From an uncultured bacterium (GTDB taxonomy: Bacteria > Margulisbacteria > WOR-1 > CAZGTC01): DNA of 64,000 nucleotides. The stretch spans positions 1,304-65,303 of the forward strand of contig CAZGTC010000009.1 in assembly GCA_964528395.1 (NCBI GenBank), in the 5' to 3' direction. The notes below the pieces were generated by a model. That model did no database searches, was not told where the DNA came from, and worked only from the letters and a program-made list of their open reading frames with translations. Below, in pieces: positions 43,698 through 52,240 of this stretch; positions within the stretch are counted from its first letter, which is position 1, and each line of letters opens with the position of its first letter. The position numbers and the translations under genes are program-made.

Positions 43698-43725
43698 AAA
43701 AACCCCTCCCCATCAATAGAAAAAT

Positions 43726-44649
43726 TTATTTAGCCTGGCACTTTGCCAGCAATTCTTCCCAGCGGCGGTCAACCTCTTCTTGGATATCCTGCAAAAGTTT
43801 TTCATTCCCGGGCTTAAACAAGTGGCGGAAGCGGTCTTGGGTCTTGAGCAGCTCAACCACAGGTTTTTTTTGCGCGGGCTTTTTGTTCAAAACCCATTTG
43901 CCATCGATCACCTCAAAAAGCGGCCAATAGCAAGTTTCTACTGCTAAGCGCCCGATTTCTGCGGTTAATTCCGGCTTATAGCCCCACCCCAAGCGGCAAG
44001 GCTGCCAAATATTTAGAAATTTCGGACCTGTAATAGAAAAAGCTTTTTCTGCTTTTTTCGTCAAGTCCATCCAGTCCCCTACTACTGCTTGGGCTACATA
44101 GGCAACATTATGCGCTGCAATAATACCCGTAAGGTCTTTTTTGAAAACTTCTTTGCCTTGCTGTACTTTTCCAGCAGGGGCAGTGGTTGTGGAAGCGCCT
44201 TTGGGCGTGGCAGATGAGCGTTGGATCCCGGTATTCATATAAGCTTCATTGTTGTAGCAAACATAAAGCAGGTTATGCCAGCGCTCCATGGCTCCGGATA
44301 AAGACTGCAAGCCAATATCATAAGTTCCGCCGTCCCCTCCAAAAACCACGATATTTACATCTTTATTGTATTTGCCCTGTTTTTTTAGGGACTTATACAT
44401 AGCCTCTACTCCAGAGGCAGTGGCTGCAGCATTTTCAAAAGCATTGTGCAAAAATGGGATATTCCAAGCTGTAAATGGGAAAATCGTGGTGGTTACTTCC
44501 AAGCATCCGGTTGCGCCAACCAAAATTACCGGCTTATCCGAAGATAACAAAACTTGCCTTAAGGCAATTGGCGCCCCGCAGCCAGCACAAGCGCGGTGCC
44601 CGGGGCTTAAAGCTTCTTTTCTTTCTGCTAATTGTTTTAGACTAGGCAT
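43726..44649 (-). CDS. porB: Pyruvate/2-oxoacid:ferredoxin oxidoreductase beta subunit
   Basis: GHRACAGCG, TGC, GGDGG TPP motif, YMNTGIQRS. Confidence 0.92.
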   Translation of the reverse strand: MPSLKQLAERKEALSPGHRACAGCGAPIALRQVLLSSDKPVILVGATGCLEVTTTIFPFTAWNIPFLHNAFENAAATASGVEAMYKSLKKQGKYNKDVNIVVFGGDGGTYDIGLQSLSGAMERWHNLLYVCYNNEAYMNTGIQRSSATPKGASTTTAPAGKVQQGKEVFKKDLTGIIAAHNVAYVAQAVVGDWMDLTKKAEKAFSITGPKFLNIWQPCRLGWGYKPELTAEIGRLAVETCYWPLFEVIDGKWVLNKKPAQKKPVVELLKTQDRFRHLFKPGNEKLLQDIQEEVDRRWEELLAKCQAK

Positions 44650-44660
44650 CTATTTTCCTC

Positions 44661-45839
44661 CTATTCCCGTAATCCAGAGTAATTTATTAATTGGTCAACC
44701 GAACCTTTTTCCATTATTTTGAACCCATGCTCAAAAATCTTTTCGATATCAGCTAAAGTAATTTCCCTGCCGCCCAAGCCATATATGTAATTCAAGCTTA
44801 ACGGCTTTTTATCCAAATCAAACATAGCAGACCGGATTTCGCTGAACAGCGGGCCGCCTTGGGAAGCAAACCCATCGGAGCGGTCAAGCACAATAAAAGC
44901 TTTTGAATTTTTCAAGGCTTGGGTAAGCTCCTGCGCTGGAAAAGGACGGAAAACCCGCAATTTTAAAAGCCCGGCTTTTTTGCCCTGGGCCCTTAATTTG
45001 TCCACCACTGATTTTGCTGTTCCCATAGTAGAACCTAACCCGACTAAAACAATTTCCGCATCTTCCATCTTATAACCATCATACAGTTTATACTCGCGGC
45101 CGTATTTTTTGCCGAATTCCTTGCCAATTTCAATAATAACTTCTTTGGCATTTTTCATAGCCTCGGCTTTTGAACGGACATGCTCAAAATAATAATCCTG
45201 CAGGTCTAATGCCCCAATTGTAACCGGATGGTCAAGGTCTAATAAATTCGGTTCAGCTTTATACTGGCCAATATAACTCTTAACTTCTTTATCTTCCAGC
45301 GTTTCAATTTTTTGCATGCAGTGGCTGATAATAAACCCATCGGTAGTAACCATGGTTGGCAATCTAACCTCTGGATGCTCGGCAATTTTTATGGCTTGCA
45401 GCATATTGTCATAAGCTTCCTGCGCATTTTCGGAAAAAATCTGGATCCAGCCAAAATCCCGTCCAGCCATGGTATCTGAATGGTCGCAATGGATATTGAT
45501 CGGGCCGGATAAAGCACGGTTAACCTCTGCTAAAACTACAGGTAATCTCAAAGCTGAAACAATTGGTAAAATTTCGTACATCAAAGCCAACCCTTGAGAA
45601 GAAGTACCCGTCATGGCCCGTCCGCCTGATGCCGCTGCGCCCAAAACCGCGGACATGGCGCTGTGTTCTGACTCAACCCGGACAAATTCAGTGTCTACTA
45701 AACCGTCGGATACAAAACTGGCAAAAAGCTGCACAATCTCTGTGGCTGGGGTAATCGGATAAGCTGCCACAACATCAGGATTGATCTGGCGCATGGCTTC
45801 GGCCATGGCTTCGTTTCCAGTCTTTGCTAAACTAGGCAT
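44661..45839 (-). CDS. porA: Pyruvate/2-oxoacid:ferredoxin oxidoreductase alpha subunit
   Basis: AAYPITPAT, ESEHSAMS, TGTSSQGL, NIHCDHSD. Confidence 0.92.
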   Translation of the reverse strand: MPSLAKTGNEAMAEAMRQINPDVVAAYPITPATEIVQLFASFVSDGLVDTEFVRVESEHSAMSAVLGAAASGGRAMTGTSSQGLALMYEILPIVSALRLPVVLAEVNRALSGPINIHCDHSDTMAGRDFGWIQIFSENAQEAYDNMLQAIKIAEHPEVRLPTMVTTDGFIISHCMQKIETLEDKEVKSYIGQYKAEPNLLDLDHPVTIGALDLQDYYFEHVRSKAEAMKNAKEVIIEIGKEFGKKYGREYKLYDGYKMEDAEIVLVGLGSTMGTAKSVVDKLRAQGKKAGLLKLRVFRPFPAQELTQALKNSKAFIVLDRSDGFASQGGPLFSEIRSAMFDLDKKPLSLNYIYGLGGREITLADIEKIFEHGFKIMEKGSVDQLINYSGLRE

Positions 45840-46136
45840 TTAAAAACCCTCCTTGTCCATTGTAATGGCATTGCATTTTTTTGGGCATTCATGCGCACAT
45901 ATGCCGCAGCCTTTGCAATGCTTATAATCAATTCCCGCAACCTTGCCATTCTCTAAAATAATGGAACTATCCGGACAATAAATCCAGCAAAGCTTGCAGT
46001 CAATGCAGCGCTCTTTATGCCAAGTGGGGCGATCGCTGCGCCAATCCCCAGTTTCAAATGCCTGGGCGGTTCCGGCTTCTAAAACATCGCCTTGCGGCAA
46101 TTCTTTCCAAGTATGTTTTTTTGAAACATCAAACAT
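45840..46136 (-). CDS. porD: Oxidoreductase delta subunit (2x[4Fe-4S])
   Basis: TGDWRS, CIDCKLCWIYCPD, CKGCGICAHECP. Confidence 0.93.
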   Translation of the reverse strand: MFDVSKKHTWKELPQGDVLEAGTAQAFETGDWRSDRPTWHKERCIDCKLCWIYCPDSSIILENGKVAGIDYKHCKGCGICAHECPKKCNAITMDKEGF

Positions 46137-46138
46137 AG

Positions 46139-46720
46139 CTATTCTCCCTTCACTTCATTATAAGCACGCTTAATGGCTTCCATATTCCCCTTAATCACTT
46201 CGGGCTTATGGGAAAATTTCTTTTTTAGCTTGTCTTCAATATCTGAAAGCATCTGCTCATACTGCAGCAACCCGGTTGTTTTTACCAAAGCCCCCAGCAT
46301 AGGAGTATTGGGAATATTGCGGCCAATTGTTTCAGCTGCAATTTTTGAAGCATCAACAGAATAAACTTTGGCTTTATTTAATTTTAATTCTTTTTTTAAT
46401 TCTTTGGGATCTTTACTGGTATTGATAATAATAATCCCGTCTTCCGGCAAGCCGGCAGTCACCGAAACTTTTCCAATCAGAGTCGGATCCAACACAACTA
46501 CAACCGAAGGATTGATAATTGCACAGTGCAAATCAATCATCTTATCCGAAAGCCGGTTAAAGGAAGCTACCGGAGCCCCCATTCTCTCGGGCCCGTATTC
46601 CGGGAAAGCCTGGATATTTTTTCCCAAGCTCATGGCTGCATCCGCAAATAAAAGTGATGCGGTTTTTGCTCCCTGGCCTCCCCGCCCATGCCAGCGAATT
46701 TCTACAATCTCATTCTTCAT
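46139..46720 (-). CDS. porC: Oxidoreductase gamma subunit
   Basis: EIRWHGRGGQG, FPEYGPERMGAP, PNTPMLGAL. Confidence 0.92.
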   Translation of the reverse strand: MKNEIVEIRWHGRGGQGAKTASLLFADAAMSLGKNIQAFPEYGPERMGAPVASFNRLSDKMIDLHCAIINPSVVVVLDPTLIGKVSVTAGLPEDGIIIINTSKDPKELKKELKLNKAKVYSVDASKIAAETIGRNIPNTPMLGALVKTTGLLQYEQMLSDIEDKLKKKFSHKPEVIKGNMEAIKRAYNEVKGE

Positions 46721-46747
46721 TTTATTGTCCGCTCCTCTCTCAATTGA

Positions 46748-47449
46748 TCAGGCTAATAAGCCAATAATTTTTGGCAGGATCGCCTTGTTTAGAACAAAAC
46801 TTTTGGCCAAAATAATTAAAACCAAAAACAAAAATACCATTCCGAGCTTAAATCCGGATAAAAGGCAAAACCGACGGAGTATTATACTCCATATGTACAA
46901 AGAATAAAGGACTGTTGCAAAAAATATTAGGTTAAACCCCAAAACAAAGAAATTTGCCGAGAGCAGGCCTTTTTGCAAAAAACCCGCCCAGATCAAGCTT
47001 AGCAGGAGAAAATTCAATATCCCGGAAGAATAGAAAAACGCAGAGGTTATTTCTTTTATGTCGCCCTTGCCCCCCAAAAGCCGCGCTATATTCAAAATGA
47101 GAAAACCCAAAAAGCCATAACCAAAAAGCCAAGCCAGCATAAGGAAAGCGCCCAAGATAATAAAAGTTATGCCAAAAAAAACTAAACCTACCAATATCAA
47201 AACCGGCAAAATCAAGAGAAATTTAATCCCAGCGATTCCTTCAACTAAATATTGTCCCAATGGGACATATTGCTGGAAAAAAATAAAAATTGCCAAGCCT
47301 AAAGCAAAAATCCAAGCGGAAAAAACTGCAAAAGTAAAAGGCTTTTCATTCCAATTAGGATCGCGGGCAGAAAAAAAAGCATTTGGAGAAAACAAGACCG
47401 ACTGCAAAACAGAAAAATAATTTTTTAGGAAAAGAAGCAAATTAATCAA
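46748..47449 (-). CDS. Multi-pass membrane protein, Yip1-like
   Basis: VLFSPNAFF N-terminal motif and ~5 hydrophobic segments. Confidence 0.6.
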   Translation of the reverse strand: MINLLLFLKNYFSVLQSVLFSPNAFFSARDPNWNEKPFTFAVFSAWIFALGLAIFIFFQQYVPLGQYLVEGIAGIKFLLILPVLILVGLVFFGITFIILGAFLMLAWLFGYGFLGFLILNIARLLGGKGDIKEITSAFFYSSGILNFLLLSLIWAGFLQKGLLSANFFVLGFNLIFFATVLYSLYIWSIILRRFCLLSGFKLGMVFLFLVLIILAKSFVLNKAILPKIIGLLA

Positions 47450-48038
47450 CTTCCCTTCTGCCTTCTAAGGCTTGCGTCAAAGTGGCATGGTCAGCATAAT
47501 CCATATCCGACCCGATCGGAAGGCCATAAGCCAGCCGGGTTATTTTAACTCCCAGCGGTTTTAAAAGACGGGTCAAATAAATAACCGTAGCTTCGCCTTC
47601 GGTAGTGGGATTCATGGCTAAAAGAACCTCTTTTATAATACCATCTTTTAAGCGCGCTAGAAGCTCTTTGATTTTTAAATTTTCCGGCCCAATCCCGTCT
47701 AAAGGCGAAATAACCCCGCCTAATATATGGTATAAGCCTTTATATTCGCTAGTGCGCTCAATAGCAATAAGATCCTTGGGATCCGCCACCACGCACAAAA
47801 TATTTTTGTTCCGGCTGGCATCCTGGCAAATTTTACAAGGGTCATTGTCCGTGATATTAAAACAAATCGAACAGTTTTTTATGGAAGATTTAACCTTGTG
47901 CATAGACTCTGTTATCATTTTTACTTCCATCTCTGAAGCTGAAAGGATATAGAAAGCCAGGCGCTGGGCAGATTTGGGTCCAATCCCCGGCATTTTCTTA
48001 AAAACCGCAATCAAATTTTCCAAAGATTCCGCGTACAT
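47442..48038 (-). CDS. recR: Recombination mediator RecR
   Basis: PGIGPKSAQRLA, CSIC..C..C, YHILGG, EGEAT, GLPIG. Confidence 0.97.
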   Translation of the reverse strand: MYAESLENLIAVFKKMPGIGPKSAQRLAFYILSASEMEVKMITESMHKVKSSIKNCSICFNITDNDPCKICQDASRNKNILCVVADPKDLIAIERTSEYKGLYHILGGVISPLDGIGPENLKIKELLARLKDGIIKEVLLAMNPTTEGEATVIYLTRLLKPLGVKITRLAYGLPIGSDMDYADHATLTQALEGRREVD

Positions 48039-48046
48039 AAAAATAA

Positions 48047-48102
48047 TTCCTAATTATTAATTCCTAATTTCTAATTATGAATTCGACATTAGTCATTCGG
48101 TA
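48047..48102. repeat. Heptamer-built imperfect hairpin, same family as 38340-38395
   Basis: ttcctaa ttattaa ttcctaa tttctaa ttatgaa ttcgaca ttagtca ttcggta. Confidence 0.75.
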
Positions 48103-48107
48103 TTATT

Positions 48108-48428
48108 TTACATCAGTCCTGGTATGTCTAATCCGCCGGTCAAGCCTTTGAATTGGTTCGCAGCAACTTTTTTTGCATCCCCCAAAGCCCGATTGGTAGC
48201 GTCTTTTATGCACATTTCCAAGCGCCGCATATTCCCATCCTTTATGACAGCAGGATCAACTTTTACTTCTTTTACTTCCATATCCCCAGAAACGGTAACA
48301 CTTACCCCGCCGGACTCCCCTGCCACCAATTCACTGGCCAATTTTTTTTGTATTTCCTTCATATTCTTGCGCATTTCATTGGCTTTTTTCAACATATCGC
48401 CCATTTGACCCAAATTTCCAAACACCAT
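48108..48428 (-). CDS. ybaB: YbaB/EbfC nucleoid-associated protein
   Basis: GESGGVSVTVSGD, DATNRAL, GGLDIPGL; between dnaX and recR. Confidence 0.93.
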   Translation of the reverse strand: MVFGNLGQMGDMLKKANEMRKNMKEIQKKLASELVAGESGGVSVTVSGDMEVKEVKVDPAVIKDGNMRRLEMCIKDATNRALGDAKKVAANQFKGLTGGLDIPGLM

Positions 48429-48446
48429 AAAAAATCCTCCTTTTTA

Positions 48447-48501
48447 AAATTAGGTTGAGACAACCTAATTTACGCGTAGTTGAGGTTGTCCCAACCTCGA
48501 C
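48447..48501. repeat. Pair of related hairpins AGGTTG-N3-CAACCT in inverted orientation
   Basis: aaattaggttg-aga-caacctaattt and gttgaggttg-tcc-caacctcgac; likely also terminator-like. Confidence 0.65.
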
Positions 48502-48512
48502 ACAGCACAAAT

Positions 48513-50093
48513 TCATCTTATTAATTCAGCGCCGAAAACTTCTTTAACCATATCCATAGTATTAGCTTGAGGAAAAGAAACTGCTTTTTCCCCTGAATCC
48601 GCAATTAAACCATCGATCATTATTTTCTGGTTCAAAACTTTTTCCAAAACTTCTTCCACCAAAGATTTATTCCTGATTTCCAACAAGCGATCCTTATGGA
48701 AAGAAAAACCCTTGCGGAAACGAATAACCAGCTTGCCTTTGCTGTTTACTTCCAAAGGCTCGCCTTCGTGCAAAGAAACATAACCAAACAAAGTTTTTTC
48801 TTTAACCAACTGTAATATCTCATCCCATTTTTCTCGTATTGTTTGGAGAATTGTATTATCTGAAAAACTAACTGCTTGAAGAGGGTTTGATTCAATTTTT
48901 ATTTCTGTTCTTTCTTCCTGTAATCTATGGCCTGTGTTCTGTGCTTGCGTGATCTGTGCTCTAATTTCTATTTTCGGCTCTCTAACCTCTGCTTTTTGTA
49001 TTTTATATTCTCCCACTACATCTATAAGGTTCAGCATAGCCACCTCAAAAATCAGCCGCGCGTGCGGGTGCCAGCGCATATCCAGCTCAACCTTGGCCAA
49101 AAGCTGCAGGATTTGGGCAATATTTTCTTCTGTATACTGGCTGGCCTGAATTTTTAGCTGCTGGAAATGCTCTTCCGATACCCCCAAGACCTCTGCGCTG
49201 CCTACTTTTACCAAAAGCAAATAACGGAAATGTTCTAAGAAATCTTTGGCCACTTGGCGCACGGCCCGGCCTTCGGAAATAATTTTATCAATGAGTTTGA
49301 TCGCTGCGGGCCGGTCTTTTTTTATCACTACATCGGCCAGTTCAAAAAGCATTTCAAAAGAAGCGGTCCCCAAAATTGCGACAATATCATTGAGCATAAC
49401 TTTTTTATCGCAAAAAGAAAAAAGCTGGTCCAAAAGCGAGATCGCATCGCGCATAGAGCCTTCGGTTGTGCGGGCGATCATGTCCAGGGCTTTTCCCTCT
49501 ATCTCAAACCCTTCTTTTTGCGCCAGCATGGCAAGCTGGGCTTTGACCTTGGCTAGGTCTATGCGCCGAAAATCAAATCTTTGGCAGCGGGATAGGATCG
49601 TGGCTGGGACTTTTTGGATTTCAGTTGTGGCCAAAACAAAAATCAAATGCGCGGGCGGTTCTTCCAAAGTTTTTAATAAAGCATTAAATGCCTCGGAAGT
49701 TAACATGTGCACTTCATCAATAATATAAACCTTGTAGCGGCCTTCAACCGGCATATAGCGCACTTTTTCGCGCAAATCCCTTATCTCATCAATCCCGCGG
49801 TTGGAAGCAGCGTCAATCTCAATTACATCCACTGAATTTCCTGCAGTAATTTTTTGGCAGTTGTCGCAATTATTGCAAGGATTTTCCAAAGAACTGTTTT
49901 TACAATTCAAAGCTTTTGCCAAAATGCGGGCAGTGGAGGTTTTTCCAGTTCCGCGCGGCCCGGTAAAAAGGTAAGCATGCGCCAAACGGTTTAGCTTAAT
50001 TGCATTTTTTAAGGTCTGGACAATATGCTCCTGGCCAATGATCTCATCAAAGGTCTGCGAGCGATATTTCCTATATAAGGATAAATAACTCAT
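48513..50093 (-). CDS. dnaX: DNA polymerase III gamma/tau
   Basis: LYRKYRSQTF, GPRGTGKTS, EIDAASN, DEVHML, SRCQ; start trimmed to ATG 50093 (ATGA overlap with alr). Confidence 0.97.
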   Translation of the reverse strand: MSYLSLYRKYRSQTFDEIIGQEHIVQTLKNAIKLNRLAHAYLFTGPRGTGKTSTARILAKALNCKNSSLENPCNNCDNCQKITAGNSVDVIEIDAASNRGIDEIRDLREKVRYMPVEGRYKVYIIDEVHMLTSEAFNALLKTLEEPPAHLIFVLATTEIQKVPATILSRCQRFDFRRIDLAKVKAQLAMLAQKEGFEIEGKALDMIARTTEGSMRDAISLLDQLFSFCDKKVMLNDIVAILGTASFEMLFELADVVIKKDRPAAIKLIDKIISEGRAVRQVAKDFLEHFRYLLLVKVGSAEVLGVSEEHFQQLKIQASQYTEENIAQILQLLAKVELDMRWHPHARLIFEVAMLNLIDVVGEYKIQKAEVREPKIEIRAQITQAQNTGHRLQEERTEIKIESNPLQAVSFSDNTILQTIREKWDEILQLVKEKTLFGYVSLHEGEPLEVNSKGKLVIRFRKGFSFHKDRLLEIRNKSLVEEVLEKVLNQKIMIDGLIADSGEKAVSFPQANTMDMVKEVFGAELIR

Positions 50094-51202
50094 ACGTAAA
50101 CTCTTGGAACTCTCTTCCCAATTCCGCAAATCACTTCATAATTAATCGTATTAATTTTTTCCGCAATATCACTGGCAGAAATTGTTTCGCTGCCTTGGGA
50201 ACCAATCAGCACCACTTCATCCCCCACCTTTACTCCGTTTTCAGTAACATCAATCAAGGTCATATCCATGCACACATTGCCAACGACATTAAACCTTTTT
50301 CCAGCAATGAGAACTTGGCCGCGATTGCTCAAAGCCCGGCTGTAGCCATCCGCATAGCCCACTGGAATCGTTGCAATAACAGATTCTTTTTCCGTAACAA
50401 ATGTCCCGCTGTAAGAAAGCGGAACTTTTGCGGAAACCTGTTTAATATACATAACTTTTGACTTAAAAGAAAGTACAGGTATTAATTTGAGGGAATTTTC
50501 TATGCCTTGGGGCAATAAGCCATACATGGACAAGCCGATCCTAACCATATTAAAAGCTGCTTCTTTAAAATTCAAAACTGCCGCGGAATTAGCCGCATGC
50601 TTAATCGGGATATATATGCCTTGTTTTTCTAATTTTTCAATCAAGCGATTAAATTTAATGATTTGCTGAAGGGTAAATTCCCGGTCTTCCCCAGCTCGGG
50701 AAAAATGGGTAAAAATACCTTCAATTACAATATTTTCCAAGCGCGATATTTTTTGCAAAAGCTCAACCGCTTCATCCTCATCCATAATCCCAATGCGACC
50801 CATGCCCGTATCAACCTTAAAATGGATTTTGGCTTTTTTCTTTAGCGCGCAAGCTGCCACGGACAAAGCTTGGGCAAGTTCAAAGCTGTAAACTGTTTGG
50901 GTCAAATCATGGTTCACGACTTCTTTGACCACAGAATCAATGGATTCGCTCAAAATCAAAATAGGAAAAGAAATACCTTCTGCCCGCAATTCTAAAGCTT
51001 CTTTTAAAGTTGCCACGCTTAAATAATCTACGCCGGATGCAACTGCGCAGCGGGAAATTTCTATGGCTCCATGGCCATAAGCATCCGCCTTGACCACTGC
51101 CATAAACTTGGTTCCAGCAGGAATAATTTGCTTCAAAGCTCTAATATTTCCGGCTAAAGCCGATAAATTGATTTCTGCAAAAGTCGGGCCGAGTAATTTC
51201 AT
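50090..51202 (-). CDS. alr: Alanine racemase
   Basis: AVVKADAYGHG, KVDTGMGRIG, PVGYADG, CMD. Confidence 0.97.
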   Translation of the reverse strand: MKLLGPTFAEINLSALAGNIRALKQIIPAGTKFMAVVKADAYGHGAIEISRCAVASGVDYLSVATLKEALELRAEGISFPILILSESIDSVVKEVVNHDLTQTVYSFELAQALSVAACALKKKAKIHFKVDTGMGRIGIMDEDEAVELLQKISRLENIVIEGIFTHFSRAGEDREFTLQQIIKFNRLIEKLEKQGIYIPIKHAANSAAVLNFKEAAFNMVRIGLSMYGLLPQGIENSLKLIPVLSFKSKVMYIKQVSAKVPLSYSGTFVTEKESVIATIPVGYADGYSRALSNRGQVLIAGKRFNVVGNVCMDMTLIDVTENGVKVGDEVVLIGSQGSETISASDIAEKINTINYEVICGIGKRVPRVYV

Positions 51203-52038
51203 ACTTTAGCTGCCTCGCCTCGCCTACCGGCAGACAGGCACATTTTTTCCACATATTTGTCATCAATATAAAATTCTCCCAATTTATAATCCCGGCCCAC
51301 CCCTTCCCCATGGAAATCCGATCCGCCGGTCGGGAATAAATTATTTTTTTCACAGAGGTTGAGATAATTCTTTATCTGGTCAGGATTATGCGATGGATAA
51401 AAAACCTCAATGCCATCTAAACCAGCAGCAGTTAATGACGCGATAATCTGGTCGCAGCGGGAAACCGCAGGATGGGCAAAAACCGCCAAGCCATTTAGCT
51501 TTTTTATCAGCTTAACCGCATCTTCTGGGGATAATTTATAATGGCTGACATAAGCTGGACCGTGAAAACCAATATATTTATCAAAAGCTTCGCTAATGTA
51601 ATTAATTTTTTTTTCTTCCAAAAGAGCTTTGGCAACATGCAAGCGGCCCGGAGCTCCATCGCCTGCGATAGCAAACACCCTCTCTGGATAAATATCTACG
51701 CCGATTTTACTTAGTTTTTCAACCATTTTTAAAACCCGTTCATGCCGGCTATGTTTCATGTCTTTTAAAAGTGCATTTAAAGATGGCTCTTTATAATTAA
51801 TAAAATAACCTAAGATATGAATCTCTGCGCCTTTGGTTTCGCAGGAAAATTCTATGCCCGGAATAACAAAAAGTTCTTCCTTGGCCCCTTCGGATAAAGC
51901 TTCGTGCAAACCATCCACATTATCATGGTCAGTCAGGGCAATCGTCTTAAGATGGCCAGATTTAGCCGCCTGAACAAGTTTCGCAGGCGAATAAGTACCA
52001 TCGGAATGAATGGAATGCATATGCAAATCTGCTGGCAT
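51199..52038 (-). CDS. PHP-domain metal-dependent phosphoesterase
   Basis: DLHMHSIHSDG, ALTDHD, PGIEFS, HILGY, AHP, GGSDFHG. Confidence 0.92.
   Translation of the reverse strand: MPADLHMHSIHSDGTYSPAKLVQAAKSGHLKTIALTDHDNVDGLHEALSEGAKEELFVIPGIEFSCETKGAEIHILGYFINYKEPSLNALLKDMKHSRHERVLKMVEKLSKIGVDIYPERVFAIAGDGAPGRLHVAKALLEEKKINYISEAFDKYIGFHGPAYVSHYKLSPEDAVKLIKKLNGLAVFAHPAVSRCDQIIASLTAAGLDGIEVFYPSHNPDQIKNYLNLCEKNNLFPTGGSDFHGEGVGRDYKLGEFYIDDKYVEKMCLSAGRRGEAAKV
51218..51238. repeat. Short palindrome in the PHP gene 3' end
   Basis: cctcgcctaccggcagacagg, translated CLSAGRRG. Confidence 0.55.
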
Positions 52039-52046
52039 AGGCGGTA

Positions 52047-52055
52047 ATTATAACA
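52047..52055 (-). promoter_or_regulatory. Extended -10 (TGTTATAAT), 8 nt before the PHP ATG
   Basis: Motif read directly; no SD between it and the ATG. Confidence 0.6.
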
Positions 52056-52240
52056 TTACAAGCAGCAAGTCGCGATAAATTTTATAGTGGTAAGTCGCGA
52101 TTTGTCCCTAAAAAGGGATATCTAGCGCCCAAAAAAAATAGTTGTAAAAAATGAAATTTGGCCTGAAAATCAACGAGATAAACTTGCGAGGTCTCGAAAT
52201 CTGAAGAGTTAATAAAACTGTGAAAAGGAACAAGTAGATA

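Noticed and set aside
48900-49100. E. coli-type programmed -1 frameshift in dnaX
   Set aside because: No in-frame A AAA AAG with a downstream hairpin found; only shorter A-runs.
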